From the NCBI RefSeq assembly GCF_963676685.1, contig NC_092350.1:20522001-20586000 (forward strand): a stretch of DNA of 64,000 nt. Direction: 5' to 3'. Shown here one piece after another: positions 26,043 to 41,359 of the stretch. Below the pieces are notes generated by a model. The model worked only from the letters and a program-made list of their open reading frames with translations. It was not told where the DNA came from and did no database searches. A program made the translations under genes and the position numbers. Within the stretch, counting starts at the first letter, position 1; the number at the start of each line of letters is the position of its first letter. Source of the stretch: Mytilus edulis (lineage: Eukaryota).

Positions 26043-29000
26043 ATGCCTAAGATAATAATTCACACCAACATAAAGAATGAAGACATTCCTGATGACTTTG
26101 AAGAAAAAGTTGCACAAAAAGTCTCTGAAGTCGTAGGGTATCCAATTGAGGTGGGTATAACTTTCGTTTTATTTTTTTTAAGATCAGTTTAATTGTTTGT
26201 TTACAAAAGTTTTAAATCCTGTAATTTCCCTCTCATCAAGTATACATACAAAACCATGTGTGTAATGATACATGAAAGGCCGTAGATAAAATTATCAGGG
26301 AGACTTGATTAACTTGATAGCCAATAAATTGAAAAGATCATACTGCTATTCTGACACTATGTTAACAAAAGTGTCAAAATATTCTTCATACGTATATGAA
26401 TGAGCTGGAGGGAGAACCCCCTGTTTACACAAACGTCTACAAAAACAACAGTCCCTCTGATTAAACTTATTTGCAAACCACCTGAATTACGTGTATTGCA
26501 GATATGACACCTCCCCATTGTTAACAGACGTAAAGGGGATTCCTCTCGATGGGAAAAGTGTACCCTAGGAAATGATTGTATACACCGGTTCGAGAGGGAC
26601 ACAGTTATAATTCCATTTATTGTTTTCCTGAAAAATCAACCCCTTAAAAGATCGACAACCTCCAAATTCCATTGCCGAAACTAATATTTAAATAACTTTT
26701 ATCTTTTAACATTTCAAGAACGTGAACAATATATTATTTATATTTTTTAGATGTGTGGTCTTAAACAAATACGACAAAAAAAGTCTTTCATAAATTGTGA
26801 ATATTATCCAAACAGTACTAAAAGGACGAAACCAAATGTTTAATCGTTATAACATAATTAACGCTATAAAAATAATTATTTCTACTCTATACAAAGTCCA
26901 TCAAGAATCATTTCAAGAGAAGCTTGGACTCTTGTTGAAATTTGTAACAAGCAAGATTTGATGAATAAATACTATTATGTTGTTAAAATAAATAAATAAA
27001 AAGACTCATTTTGTCATCTTTCACGCAGTATGAACTAAAAGCTCCAAAATACAACAATCTGGCACAGCAGTGATATTCAAATATTTTTTATATTTCCTAC
27101 ATGCAATAGTATGTACAGTTTATAGTATTTACAATGGTTGTAATGGGACTGGCGGGTGGAATATTTTGTGAATCGAAATGTTTGTATATAGTTAAACAGA
27201 TGCATCAGCCAAGGTCAAGTATTATGAAATTGAAAGATCAATATGCTTTACACATTTTAGAATTAAAAGCACGTGATAATAAGTATTCAAAACTAAGAGA
27301 CGTTCCATATAAATATGTGTAATTGTATAAAACTAATATATATTATAATCAATAACTACGTAATTTTGTTATTAGTTAATTTTAATCAAAATAAATATTA
27401 TTTTTATATACAAACTTTACTACACATTCATGGCTCTACAATCTGTCTATACCGATTTCTCAACATTGCACAAGGTAATGTTTTTCTCTAACGTTTTCAC
27501 ACTAAATCCATAGGAAGCTGGATTTATTAGTAATGAATGATTTTTATAGTCTTATATGTATGTTTTTTTTATATTAGTTGTCATTGGCTTTGGACTCGCT
27601 GTCAGTAACTGCGAGTACACTCAGATATGTACTTGGTGTCGTTTTGTGATGTATATATAAGTACCCTGCCTCGTCTACTCTGTTTTTGTTCGATGCATTT
27701 CTATTATGTATCTATGTATCCATTTGATGAGTTGAGCTGATTTTATAGTTTGTTCTTATATTGTGCTGTTACACCACTGTCCATGGTTAGGGGAGGGTTG
27801 TTGCACCTTCGACCCGTCACATTGTATGATGATGGAAGTTTTTAACAACATTGACTGGCTATACAGCCCTCACACGGGCAGTCACATTTTGTATGTGCCT
27901 CACCAAATGCAGGTGTCTGAAATTCAGTTGTTGTCGTTTGATGCTATAGATCGTATTTGTTTTTCGCTCATTATTTATGTATAAACCAGACCGTTAGTGT
28001 TCTCGTTTAAATTTTTTCAATTTGTCATTTCTTTGCATTTTATAGCTGACTTTGCGGTATTTTTTTTAACTCATTGTTTTAGGCCGTACGATGACATTTT
28101 AATTCCGGTGTCATTTGGTCTCTTGTGGGGAGTTGTCTTATTAGCAATCATATCACATCTTATTTTTTAGTATAAGCCAATGTCCTCATTAAATTGAATT
28201 TCTGTTTATTGTGCTATTGTCATGAAATGTATTGTTCTGCGTAATTTTTGCTTATCTACATTGTCTATAGAGTGTCTTTATGCCATTTGAGTTTTCTTTG
28301 TTGAAATAGTTATTTATTTTTATACTCTTTATAGTGATTAAGATTAAAACACAATCAGAATTTTTGACAAGTTTACCTCTTATGTCTGTATGCTTTGCTC
28401 ACACATTGCTATTAAGTTTAATAGAATTTCATTCAAATGGCATACATGTGAGATGTTTAGCTAGCTATAAAACCAGGTTTAATCTACCATTTCTATAAAC
28501 GGAAATGCCTGTACCAAGTATAAAGAAATATGACAGTTGTTATCCATTCGTTTGATGTGTTGAACTTTTGAGTTTTGCCATTACATGAAGGACTTTCCGT
28601 CTTGAATTTTCCTTTGTGTTCGGTAATTTTGCTAGTTTACTTTTTAATTTAATGTTATATGAAAGTACTATTGTGCATCTAACATTGAATCGTCTATATA
28701 CAACGTGTCGCATTCTATCGGAAACACCACTTTACATACAAATAGAGATATAATATAACAGCTTTAAATGAGACAACTAAATAAAAATGAATCGAGAAGC
28801 AATCGGACATGAAAAGGACGAATACATATATCAAGTCTAGCTTTTCAACTGTATGTGTAAATATTGCAGATTATATATGTGTCTGTAACCCCTGGTGACA
28901 GGATGATACACAATGGTAGCCGGGATCCAATGGCGTTTGTTGATATTGATACTGCACTGAAGTTCAATGAAGAAGTAAATCCTGGTTATACTGTAAAATT

Positions 29001-31094
29001 CCAAGAATTCTTTACCAAGGCGCTCAATATTCCATTATCAAGGTACTGTGATACTGTTAATCATGTGTTGATGAGAAAAAACGTAGAGAATACTCATATA
29101 AATGTACAGGTAAAATGACAACAATTAACAATTAAAAGTTGAAAAGATATACCCTGAAAAGTTGGAGGTCATCTTGCGGTTTGTGAAATGAATGATATTT
29201 TTACCTACTGCACTTAGTTTTAATGATAGTCGAGTTTACTTAAAATACGACGTTCGATCATTGTTCAGAAAGTATTCAAAATCGACGATGCACAATGAGC
29301 TCAAACTGTTTGATCCTTACAAGAAGCCCGAGGATATGCATCCTGCTTTTACGATAAGTATGTTGCTGTTCCAGCTGACAAAACCTCTAACAATACTTTT
29401 GTATATGCAAACATCGTTATTTGGAACATTTCGTAGAATAAATTGGAATTTACAGCAAAATTGGGAATCCCACATATACCCTTACATCATTGACGAAATA
29501 GGACAGTTTAGAAAATTACAAATTCTCCCTTGTCTCCTTTGTTATATACAAACAAAAATTATGATGAAAACTCAAATCTTTAAACTGAATACATTAAAGA
29601 CTGTAACTTCACAAACATCTTTATAAAGAACAAGATAAAACGGTGGTCGTCAAAGGTTGGTCAAAGCACCTTTCTTAAGTTTTTACCACCATTATTTCCA
29701 AAGAAAGAAATTGCAACCATAAATTTTGTGATGAAGTACAATGTATATTCAACCTTCAATGGCAAGCAGACGTTGATTTTTAAATATGTATCCTAAATTA
29801 TTTAAGCACAATCTTTACAATTTTGCAGTAATAAAAAAAAACCTTGATTTTTCTACCTTTTACACTTAAATTACCCATGCCCAATTGAAGTATCGGCTAT
29901 ACTATCTCATTAAATAGAACTTTTGGGAAACGTACAGAAAATTTCCATGTTTTAGATAATAAAATCCTTATTTTGTAAAGAACCACTGATTCCCACAAAA
30001 AATAAACCTGGACGTATTTGTTTTATCAGCAACATATTTATTGAAATTTGTGGCATGATATTTTCAGTTGGCATTGTAATGGGTACTTATGGTTCACAAT
30101 ACTGGGCAACTTGTGTGTGTACTCATATAAAGTTGATTTCATTCAAAGCCTTCTAAAGACAGATAGAAAAAGTAATTTGCAAAGTTCTTTCATATCATTT
30201 TCAGTTATATTGCTGATGGTTTTTACTCAATAAACCACATTTCAATGAGTGCTTACAGTTCATATATCCAAGTGAACCTGAAATTAATGATACAACCGAG
30301 AGTAGAATGTCTGCTTCCCATCTTTATCTTTTCATCTGTGTCAATATGTAGAAAACGATCAACATATGGAGCAGACCTTCTACTTTCTCAATAGTTACAT
30401 GCTATCTACTCTACGTTTGGTGTTTAAATGTCTCAGTAACCCTCGTGTACATAAATGTTCACTTTATACATACTTCATTAACAGTGATGTGCTTCTTACA
30501 CATAAAGAGTTACGACAACGAATCAATCAACAAAACGTACGTTTTACGGTCACCATCACAAATTAGATAATATGTGTCTTGTTTTAACTCAATAGCAAAT
30601 GCTTCCTTGGAAATGAAGATACAAGTATAGTCAATCTAATTACTTGACCCTCATTAATATTTTGTTGGCTTGTGATTGATATTAACTTGGTTATTTGACC
30701 CGTCACGATAACATGTTTGTTTGTGAAGGATATTTGGTTAATTGACCCTCAACGACTACTTGTTTGTTTGTGAAGTATAATGGGTTACTGTACCGTCTTT
30801 CTAACTTGTTTATGATTGATTTTTGATTAACTTATCCTCTGTTTGGTAGCTTGACAATCCAATATAACTTAAACAGGATGAGGAGGTGTGGTCAATGAGA
30901 CAATTGTCTACCAGAGTTCAAATGAAATTTTATTTTATTTGACAGTTCAAGATGTTCCATAACTATTGCATTCATCTCGATTATTTTTCTTTTTATTTAG
31001 GTTAGTTCTTCATTATCACGACGCCAAAGTATCAGATTATGGAGTATACAGAAGAGCACCCGAATATAAACACGAACAATATTTCTCACAATAA
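26043..31094 (+). CDS. MIF/D-dopachrome tautomerase-like protein 1 (124 aa); exons 26043-26150, 28870-29042, 31001-31094
   Basis: MPKIIIHTNIKNEDIPDDFEEKVAQKVSEVVGYPIE|IIYVSVTPGDRMIHNGSRDPMAFVDI...LNIPLSR|LVLHYHDAKVSDYG... Met-Pro start; 108/173-nt exons with phases 0 and 2, as in canonical MIF genes. Confidence 0.9.
29190..30570 (+). mobile_element. Highly degenerate Penelope-like RT remnant in intron 2 of MIF-like 1
   Basis: Colinear similarity to 41360-41591 and 52472-53650 (e.g. DKYVAVPADK, YPSEPEINDTTES..SASHL). Confidence 0.65.
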
Positions 31095-31429
31095 AGCTAT
31101 TTTGATCATTTCTGGTTTATAGTTTTACCCACAATTTTATTTTATTTCATATTCTCAACCATAGAAACATGTTGTTGAGACAATTGCCGATAAAAGTATA
31201 TCGACATTGTCTATCACGAAACTGATCAACTCGAATATATTAGCTTGCTCCTTGCTGATTCGCTTGATATCCTTGTTTAAAAGTCAGTATCAAAACAAAA
31301 ATGCCCCTATTCCATATAAAAAGACTATTTTCCTATAACCGATTTTTGACTCTAAAGTATATACATTTTTGACAGTTAACCTACTCTGTGGTAGGACATT
31401 GTGGTTCTCGGTCAAGTAAAAGCATTTTA

Positions 31430-31990
31430 AATAAAGAAGGAGCGAAAGATACCAAAGGGACAGAAAAACTCATAGATTGAAAATAAACTGACAACGCCAT
31501 GGCTTCAAAAAACAACAAACATACAAATAATAGTACACGAGACACAACATAGAAAAATAAAGACTAAGCAACACGAACCGCACCAAAAACTAGAGGTGAT
31601 ATGTGGTGTTCCGGAAGGGTAAGCAGATCCTGCTCAATATGTGGCACCCGTCGTGTTGCTCATGTTATTACAAACCCGGTAAATAATCTAACTCGGTAGG
31701 TCGCATTCGTAAAAAGGGAAGGATACTGTAGTTACGACATAAGGAACGTATCCGATATCATATGTGATTCCATTACGGTCAACCAACTCGTGATGGCGTC
31801 CATAAAATTTACAAAGGAATGATTTCAACTTCACCTTTGGAACTCTTGGTTTAATAGCTTCCTTGTGAGCAACAACCCTCTATCAAGGAAATCATGAAGC
31901 CCGGAAATATCGTATCATTTGGGAGATATATACTTCGTATGCAGGTGTTGCTGGAATGTTGCTACATAAAAATGGAATTCGCAATTAGGA
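31430..31990 (-). mobile_element. 3' end of the Penelope-like element (weaker copies at ~36000-36230 and ~37575-37920)
   Basis: Reverse-complement similarity to 53400-53970. Confidence 0.75.
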
Positions 31991-32231
31991 GCTGAATTGA
32001 ACTCCAAAAAAGTAACATTGGTGTATTTTGGGACTAACAAATCTTATTTTACGTTGCACTTCAATGTTTCTGTTGTTTCGTTGTTTTCCTCCTATAGTTG
32101 ATGTGTTTCTATCGGTTTTAGTTTGTAACCCGTATTTGTTTTCTCTCAATCGATTTATGACTTTTGAACAGCGGTATAATACTGTTGCCTTTATTAATAC
32201 AATTTAGTTGTCATGGACAGAATATGTAAAG

Positions 32232-32502
32232 CTGTAAATAGTTATCAAAGGAACCAGGCGTATAATTTAATACGGGAGACGCGCGTTTCGCCTACATAAG
32301 ACTCATTGGTGACGCTCAGATCAAAATAGTAAGAAAGCCAAACAAGTACAAATTTGAAGAGCATTGAAGACCCAAAATTCCAAAAATGTGTGCCAGCTGG
32401 GATAAAAAAAAATCTTAGTTTTTCGAATACTTTTCAAAACAGTAAATTTATAAAAATGACTACATACTTGATAACAAAGTCAAGACTGAAGTGCTGACTA
32501 CT
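32232..32502 (-). ncRNA. Retrozyme-like partial monomer with a mutated hammerhead
   Basis: Minus strand gagcgtca-CCAATGA-gtct..aggc-GAAA-cgcgcg-TC; homologous flanks. Confidence 0.7.
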
Positions 32503-35500
32503 AAATGTGACCGTATTGCAATAATCTTTAAATCTTCTAAAAGCTCGAAAAATATATCTATAAACAGGGTTTACAATAAGTGTAAAATCATTATATTTAT
32601 GTTGACTTTGCGAATTTGTCATCAACTCATTGCTTTAATGCCTATAAAATAACCGATATTTGATGTTGGTCATCAAACTTTATTTTATGGAAATCTGCGT
32701 AAACTGTCCCCAAAATTATTTTTTTTAAATAAGTTAAGGTGATTCACAAAAAGATATTTCGCTACAAAATTTCATATGCAAAGATATAATTGCGTGTAAA
32801 AGATCTTTTGAGTAAAGTCTTTGCTCATATCAAACATTGGGAAAGCTATTTGTAAATAACTTTTTATTTGAATGTCAGTCCACGAATGTTGAATTCGTCC
32901 ATTAGCCGGTGTCCATTTGTTTTGCTTTTCTGTGCCGTTTTGTTTTTGTTTTTGAAATTGTTTTTACACTGAATTCATGCTTCATTCAAAATGCAATTCT
33001 TTTCCGTTTCGTATGCATGGCATTCCGTTAAAAAATGAAAGTCGTCTTCAACTTGCATATTTAAACACTGCAATCAAACACTTAATTTTTTTCGATTCTT
33101 CTATATCGACCTTTCTCAAAAGCTTTCTGATGAGCTCTGCATTGAGTTAAGCTTTTTCGATACTGAAATTCATCCGCTTGATATATATAATGTGCTTCCC
33201 TTTTGAAGATGTTTTTGTACGCAATTTTCCTTTTTCAACATTTGCATTATCGTCTATAGTATTTTCCCAGTAAATCCTATATCTACATCCACATCAATAC
33301 ATCTTAAAATATATACAGTACTTAAATACCAGGATGACTTTTGTGAGTGTGTATAATTATGACCAGGGGTTGATTTAAAAATAATGATCTGATCCTCTTC
33401 TAAACCAATTATTCTCTGTACAAATTTAAGAATAAGACAAATAATGTTAATATGCATTAGTACGGCCTAGCTCACCCATACCAGCTAAATTGCATGACTT
33501 TTATTTTGAAATAATATGTATCTGTCTTCATATCTCGAGTGTAGCTGCAGTAGATGGCTTCAGACACATGCGTCGTGCGGATTGAAGTCTATTACATATC
33601 CTGCAAAAATATTCACAATTGACCTTGCAAACATTATTCAACCGAACACCTTTCCTTGTAAGAGTAAGCTCCCAGAACACTGATTTTCTTGTGTTTGCTA
33701 CGCCTTTGTAACCGTTAAAGATAACGACAAAAGTATTTCAACAATTTGCTCGTTATATCTTCAGGATGTTGAGATTGGTTTAGACCGAAGCGTCCCGGAG
33801 ATACCATATGAGAGTTATTCCACGTTATACATTTGATATAAGTGATATGCATTTCTAACTGGTAAACCATAAGTGATAGAAACCCAGGGAGTTTTGATGT
33901 CCTTATTCCACAAAATGAAAACTAGGTCAAGGTCAAATGTCAAGGTCATATCAAAAATTTTGATTTTGGCCTATTTCACGTCTTTTCAGAAACCATATAA
34001 GATATCGACTACATCTTTTTATGAAATTGTCCTTTGCGACACGTCGTAACTCATAAATGTTGGTTGAAGGGTGCGTAGCCATTAAATGTGAGTTTTCACC
34101 CCTCTTTTATTTATAATTATGCGTATAGTGATATAACTCATTAACTATACATATCAAAGTCCTAGGGTCTTTTGATTTGAGGTCCTTGGTTTATGACCTT
34201 GAAATTAAGGTCAAGGTCATTGATAAGGTTGACGCTCTTGGTTTTGACCTTTGCTTTAAATTCATATTTATACATTATGACGTTATCGGACTTTGTACAT
34301 TAGCTAACAAGCAATGTGACAAATAAAAAGCCAACCGGAAATTACTTTGTGAAAACCAGAAGTGGCTAATTTTTGTACTTATTGCATGTAAAATTATATA
34401 TAACAATATATTTTTGAAAGCGATGACAAATACATAATCAAATAAAAACAAAAGTGTCATTTTTTAGACCAGAAGTAACAAATTACCTCCTTAATTTCAA
34501 ACAAATTTGTAAAGAAACCATATATTTTTGGAATCAGCAAACAATGAGCTATCATTTGATACTGGAAATGACATAATAAATCACATTTTATTTTTGTATC
34601 TAAATCAATCGTAAGAAGTGGAAAGACCTTCAATTGTTCTGTGAACAATTGGTTCTTAATTAAACTTGTTTTCTTATTGAAATCATTAACGTATACCGTT
34701 AAAAAAACTTATATAGAGAGGACTCTGTTATTACATTTCACAGAACTCAGTTTTGGAACTATTTAATAACATTTTATAACATTTTGTTTTTCGTTTATAT
34801 ATTCCGTGAATCCAAATGTATACACTCTTTTTATCTTGTCACACAACGAAGATATCTATAGTTATAAACGGGGATTTGAATACGTGTGTTAGTATAGGTG
34901 TACCTAATTATTGACCAGATAACTGCATTTGTAAGGTAAGTTATCGTTACTTCTATGTAGACAAAATGGATTTTATCGTCATTTTTTTTAACATTTTCTG
35001 CTGATTCATAATAAGAGCCTGGTAGTTTAGTCTCATCTAAATCTTCTGATAAGACTTATTAACATGCCTTTGTGTTATACACGGATAGAGTGTATATCTT
35101 AAACTGTACTCATAATTTGTCTACAGGTTTAGTTTGTTCTGATAAATTCCGCTTAATTTTCACCCAAATATCATGTCGAACGATTTCAGTGTTGATGATC
35201 TAGATACGTATTCCGGCGTGAAAAAGAAATATTCACTAATTCCAATACAACAGAACAAGAGAAAAATCTGCTACAGGTTATGCTTGTATAATTTTTTATT
35301 GTATATTTCCTTCAAACCATATTAAAATTGCCTAAAAAAGCCGATGTACTCAGCTAGAATGTCACTGAGTAAAAAAAAAAAGATAATTGCTCATTAAATG
35401 TATAGTTTGAATCACTTTATATGTGCAGTAAGTCATAAGAAATGTGTTGGTATATTCATGTTCCATGTACATTGAGTAATTCTGAACTGCTATGTTTAAA

Positions 35501-35863
35501 CCAAAGACGATACACTGAATAGGTTCAAGGTAACATATGCCACGTTGGTATCTACTCTCTCTTTGTAAAGGAGGCGCGATATTTAGATTTAATCGACAAT
35601 TGCCCCTAAACATATGGGGGTGGAATCATCACACTCATTTACATACATTTTAATCAGCTAGGGTACATCTTTATTAAATCATCTTAGTCTTTCATAAAGA
35701 ATAAAGACATATTACAGTGTATAAACGTGACATTCGTTTTATATTTGCCAGTAGACGTGACCACACATCAATCAACCAAATCTAATTATGAGTCCTTATT
35801 TGTTTTAGCAATTTTTATAAGGTCTGAAATCTAGACTCAATTGTTACCTGTAGCTTTAACATA

Positions 35864-38402
35864 ATGCCTGGAATAACTGTCCGTACCAACATAAAAGAAG
35901 TAGACTTACCAGATGATTTCGAGGAAAAAATTGCTGATAAAGCCAGTGAAGTTCTAAAAGCACCATTAGAGGTAGCCAATTGTATAAAATAATAAATGAT
36001 AAAAATGGAAAATATACCAAAGAGGCAGTAAAAAAACAAAGAAAAACAAAACAATACCATGGATAAAAGAAAGAAAAAGACCAACAGTCAAACAAAAGAG
36101 TACAACACACTATAATTAAACTTAAGATCGACCAACACCAATAATATAAAAATTCTGGGATGAAACATGCAGAAGGGGTCATTATTCCTCCTCCATCAGT
36201 GACGTCTGCCATGTAACCCCATGTTAAAGAAACATGTGTGCGTCATATCTGGTGATAAGGTATCAAACAATAGCGGATTTAAAATTGTCTTTTTTAAACA
36301 CAAAACTTGTAGGCGTTGTAAACTTTGAAGTTTTAATTTTTTTTCGTATTAGCAAATGCATATAATTTCCAAGCTCTGTTCGGTGTTTAATTTTAATACT
36401 TATTGTGACACACAAGCACTTAGGAAAATCTTAATAGTCAAACTTTGTTGTCTATGACCAGACATTCTTGATTCTGTTGAATATTGACTGCTAGTATTAT
36501 AATGATATTAATCCTTTTCCTATGGGAATATTTTTCAGTTGATTTATATATTAGTCTCCCCTGGAAATAGAATGTTGAACAATGGAAGGAAAACACCAAT
36601 GATATTTGTTGACATATCATCCATTTTTAAAGAAAATATCTACGATGATTTCAACAAAATCTTTATACCTTTTTTTGCTTCACTCTTAGATCTTCCACAC
36701 AACAGGTAATATTTGACTTTATTACTCTCGTTGAAATAAATAAATGAATAAAGTAGTACATTGTATATTGCATGCTCCTTTCAGATAATTTCCTAAAGCC
36801 TGTAGAGCAAGACTTTAGTCAGCTTGCTTTCTTTGTTTTTATATTGTACTATCATTAGGATAACACCCAATTAAATTCAAATATTATATATACAGGCTAA
36901 ACTATGCCTATATACATTGTTTAAATATGTCAATTTTATTTACAGAGCTTGTATAAACAATTATACAAACAAAGCAAGCAAGCCAACCAAAGTTTTGCTT
37001 TACATGCATTAGGAAATTAGCTGTAATATGTTTACTTTTTCTAAGTGTTGCGATTCCATTTCATTCTTTTTGTGTATTTCTAAGTTGTATTATATAATTG
37101 TTATTGTACAGCTTCTGGTGATAGTTTGTTTGATGTGCTATTTGTTTCGCTCCTTGGATTTCATTTTAAAAGAAGATGTGGTATGATTGCCAATGAGACA
37201 ACTCTCCACAAAAGACCAAAATGACACACATTTTAACAAGTTAACAACTATCGATCACCGTACGGCCGTCAACAATGAGCAAAGCCCATAGTCAGCTATA
37301 AAAGGCCCCGAAATGAAAATGAAAAACAAACTAACGGACTTATTTATGTACAAATAAAAGAACGAAAAACAAAAAAGGTAACACATGAAAGTATTTCACA
37401 TCTATATTCTTAGATAGTGATTGTTGTGTTTGCGATTGGATTAGACCCCGTTATAGTTATAATCGGTGTCATTTGATTCGTGTCTCGGTCGTTTTCAAGT
37501 GGGGGCTCTTTTTGTTTTAATGTTACAAAATTTGTATGTATTTGATTCCTCAAATGGTAGTCTCGAGGGTATATAAAAAGGAGAGGCGAAATATACCAAA
37601 GGGATATCCATAGGTTAAAACCAACCGGACAATATCATTACAAAAATCGACCTATAGAACGCACAACCCTAAAAACATCTCAGCACAGAAGAATTCAGAC
37701 TAAGCAAAAGAAATCAACAAAAATATCGGGACTAATTTTATGTGCTTTAGAAGGGTAAGCATGTTCTCCTCCAAACGAGACACACGTTCATTTGTAATTG
37801 TAACTAAAAACCAAATAAAGATGAATATTCCAGAAATCTTTACCATGTGCACTTTTACTGTAGTAACATTTCGTTATGACGATTTTTCTACAACTAGGAA
37901 AATACCATTTTTCTCGAGTAGCGTGAGATAAGAAATCATCATAAATAATGATCATGGGATCAAAAGTATATTAATCTGGTATGGAATATCTTGCAATTTC
38001 ATTGGTTGCCTTAACAGAGTGTATGAGCTAATATCCCATTTGAAGAAAATAGTCAGTTGTGTTGAAGTTACTGTAGTGTATTTGTTATTTTGGCGTCAAG
38101 GGGAGATTTCGAATCGAATTCCCTGTCAGTGCCATATATTCCCTTCGCCGAATGGTTCTTGGGACATAAACACTGACAGGGAATATGCGTCTTTTTTTCC
38201 ATTCGAAGATTGCGAATAACATTTCAATATATAACGTTAATAAAGGTAGATATAAATGTTAATTTCAGATAGCATTAAACTAATTTCTTTTCTTTACAGA
38301 GTAGTTATAAAGTACATCAATATATGTCCCACAGATTTTGGAATGGTTAGAGAGGCACCAGAATTCAAACATGCTGAATTTTATTCTTCACTAAAGCAGT
38401 AA
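35864..38402 (+). CDS. MIF/DDT-like protein 2 (125 aa); exons 35864-35971, 36539-36705, 38300-38402
   Basis: MPGITVRTNIKEVDLPDDFEEKIADKASEVLKAPLE|LIYILVSPGNRMLNNGRKTPMIFVDI...DLPHNR|VVIKYINICPTDFGMVREAPEFKHAEFYSSLKQ*. Canonical splice sites; in-frame 6-nt deletion in exon 2. Confidence 0.9.
37170..37385 (+). repeat. High-copy interspersed repeat family B (atgtggtatgattgccaatgagacaactc...)
   Basis: Copies at ~43100-43360, ~56800-57000, ~60495-60590 (+) and ~27900-28170, ~42590-42735, ~46250-46435 (x3), ~57945-58100 (-). Confidence 0.8.
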
Positions 38403-39827
38403 TGTTTCAACAAATATGTGATTTTATAGAAAATTTCAATTACGTACAGAAACATCTTAAATGTTTTGTTTTCCTCAAGAATAGTAGACAATCAAAACCT
38501 GTTTATAACAAATGATGAACTCTCAGCTGGTCCCCAGCGAGAAGTTTGCCTGAGTGTTTTCTTTACAATTAACAAATACAGTTGATTTAATAGCTTTAAT
38601 TTTGAAATCAATTTTCACTAAACGTTTATCAACTTATTCATTACATTGTTAATTGTTTCTTTAGATAATACAGTTATTAAATGAGCAAACAAATATTAAG
38701 ACTATCATCTAGTCCCAAATGATAATGTAGAGCTATTTACGTTCACTTTGCGACCCACTTAACGTAATCTGGGTATAAATGTGTCCATTTTGTATATATT
38801 TGTTCAAGCGATTACGCAAGTATCGCTCGACAAAACCAGCGATTACCCGATTAATACACTAATGACTACACAAAAAACCTACATTCCGTTACAGACTTTG
38901 TAAGTAGTTTCAAGCAATATTCAATACCTGAATAGGAAGACAATTTATAAATAAACCTCTTCATACATAGATTATTTTATTCGTGATTTTTATTGACTCC
39001 ATAACCAATGTAAATAAATGAGTACACACAAAACCACGGAAAACTGTTTTCCCGCCACATTCTCATGTGCCTGTTTAAAGTCAGAAGTTGTCTTTTATTG
39101 TCATGATGTTTCTTGGCTATTTAGGATATCTGTTGTTGATTTTTGAACGTTAATATTAAAAATTTCTAAACAACGGTGAATGTAAGAGCAATTTAAAGTT
39201 TCAAAGATTTCATAAAATAAAGGAGACAGTAGTTTACCGAAAATCAAATATTGTAAAGAAATAAAAAAAACGACATGTTAGGTACAAAGTAGAAATAGAG
39301 TGAATTAGGGCAACAGTATTATAACGCGGTTTAAAATTCATAAATCCATTGAGAGAAAACAAATCAACGTTACAAACTAAAACCGGAAGAAACACACCAA
39401 CTATAAGAGGAATACAAAGGAACAACAGGAACACTTAAGTGCAACACAATCAAACGCCAATATGCATAGGAACGAACTATTTGACAACGACTGCCATATT
39501 CCTGACTTACTGCGGGACATTTTAAGGAAACAAAAAGCGGATTTAACCTTGTTGTATGGCTAGATAAACCTTCCATTTATATGGCAATGTTAAAATTATC
39601 GCTAAAATGACAACATTAAGTGACAAAAATACAGTACAAACAAATAACATAATAGTCGGCATAACGAACATTGTCCAACAACGACACATAGAAGAGGACA
39701 TCACAAACAGTGACGCATTTATTTACCGAATATGTAATCTAAAAATCGTACAATTATTTTCACTATACCAGTCCAAACAATTATTGGTATTGAAAAGCTA
39801 TTTCATAATCATATGGACTACACACGA

Positions 39828-40393
39828 TAAGCTTTTTTTTACCTCAGGAATAGATTACCTTAGCTGTATTTGGCAGACCTTTAGGAATTTCGGTCCTCAA
39901 TGCTCTTCAACTGTGTTTCTATTTTTAGCCTTTCTAACTTTTTTGGATTCGAGCGTCAATGATGAGTCTTGTGTAGACAAAACGCGAGTTTGGTGTAAAT
40001 ACAAAATGTATTCCTGGTATCTATGATTAGTTAATTTACAACCACTGGGTCGATGTCACTGCTGGTGGAGTTTTAATTCCCCGAGGGTATCACCAGACAA
40101 GTAGTCAACACCTCTGTGCTCACATGAATTATCATTGATATGGTCATATTTATATATTAACAGTTTACACAACTTTTGAACTTTTGAAATACTAAGGCTT
40201 TTTCCCTTAGGAATAGATTACCTTAGCTTGGCAAAACTTTTAGGAATTTTGGTCCTCAATGCTCTTCAACTTCGTATTTTATTTGGCCTTTTTAAATTTT
40301 TTGGATTCGATCATCACTGATGAGTCTTGTGAAGACGAAACGCGCGTCTGGCGTAAATACAAAATGTTATCCTGGTATCTATGATGAGTTTAT
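39828..40393 (+). ncRNA. Retrozyme-like repeat, ~1.5 monomers (~358 nt); the second hammerhead has an intact core (40311-40354)
   Basis: CTGATGA (40317-40323), stem II gtct/agac, GAAA (40337-40340), C-GCGC-G minimal stem III, GTC triplet ending at 40348. Confidence 0.85.
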
Positions 40394-41359
40394 ATACATA
40401 ACACATTATTCAACCGAAACGACAACATAAACATCATATATAAACACATATATGTTGGGTGTATAAAATACAGAGACACATCGTAAAGCTGCAAATACAC
40501 ACTTGATAAAATAATTATATTTGGGGAGAGTAAGCGTATCCATGCATGCATCATTCGCGATGCGAATCAACACTTAGTCACCATGTAGAATAGTACACAA
40601 TCGGTAAAATTACATACCAGATGACTATGATAGTATCTAAAGATCTAAGTCCGACAGCGAAAACATGTGAGTTGAGACACTGACTCACCTTGTAGCTCAA
40701 CCACGTCGCGAAGTTGGCAGTAAAACTTATAAGTGTAAATATATAACTGATGATTTATAGATAAAGTGTTGATTTCAGTCGTCATTCCTCACAACTCTGT
40801 TTCAGCAGTTCTTATGTATGGAGTGCAGTCCTGTTAACGAAGTCCTATAGTGTGAGTATACAGCGTAATGAATTGATTGAGATATGTACGACGGAGCAGA
40901 GGGTATGTAACTGCTATTAAATTTAAAAGCAGAACAAATCTGACAGTAATGGTGCACAATCAGTGCCAACTGAAATCCCAACTGCCTGCTGAAATATTAT
41001 TCCACCGAACTCAACAACTACGTTGTCAATCAAAAAGTGCAGCATTTGGTGATACAGGTATCATCTTCTGTGTATTTGTTGTGGGAATTAGTGCGGTTCA
41101 TAACAAAGAGAGGTTTTCCGTGGCCCAAAACAAGAATTTTGTATTGTCGCTCCTCATTTTTGTAGAAAATAAATTGTTAATGGTATGAAATAGTCAATCC
41201 CTAATAAAGTATGGAGAATAGAAATGTAACGGAAAGACCAATAAGAGGTTTTCAATCAAATTGAAACGGTATCACACTATTTCTACGTCTGGGTTTTTAA
41301 GTAGACAGAATAGTGGTAATACATAAAAAAAAAATGTGTAGTCGAACATGAATTAAGGC

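Noticed and set aside
33700-34650. Region with repeated GGTCAAGGTCA/TGACCTTG nuclear-receptor-like half sites
   Set aside because: Looks like an interspersed repeat; boundaries and function cannot be established from the sequence.
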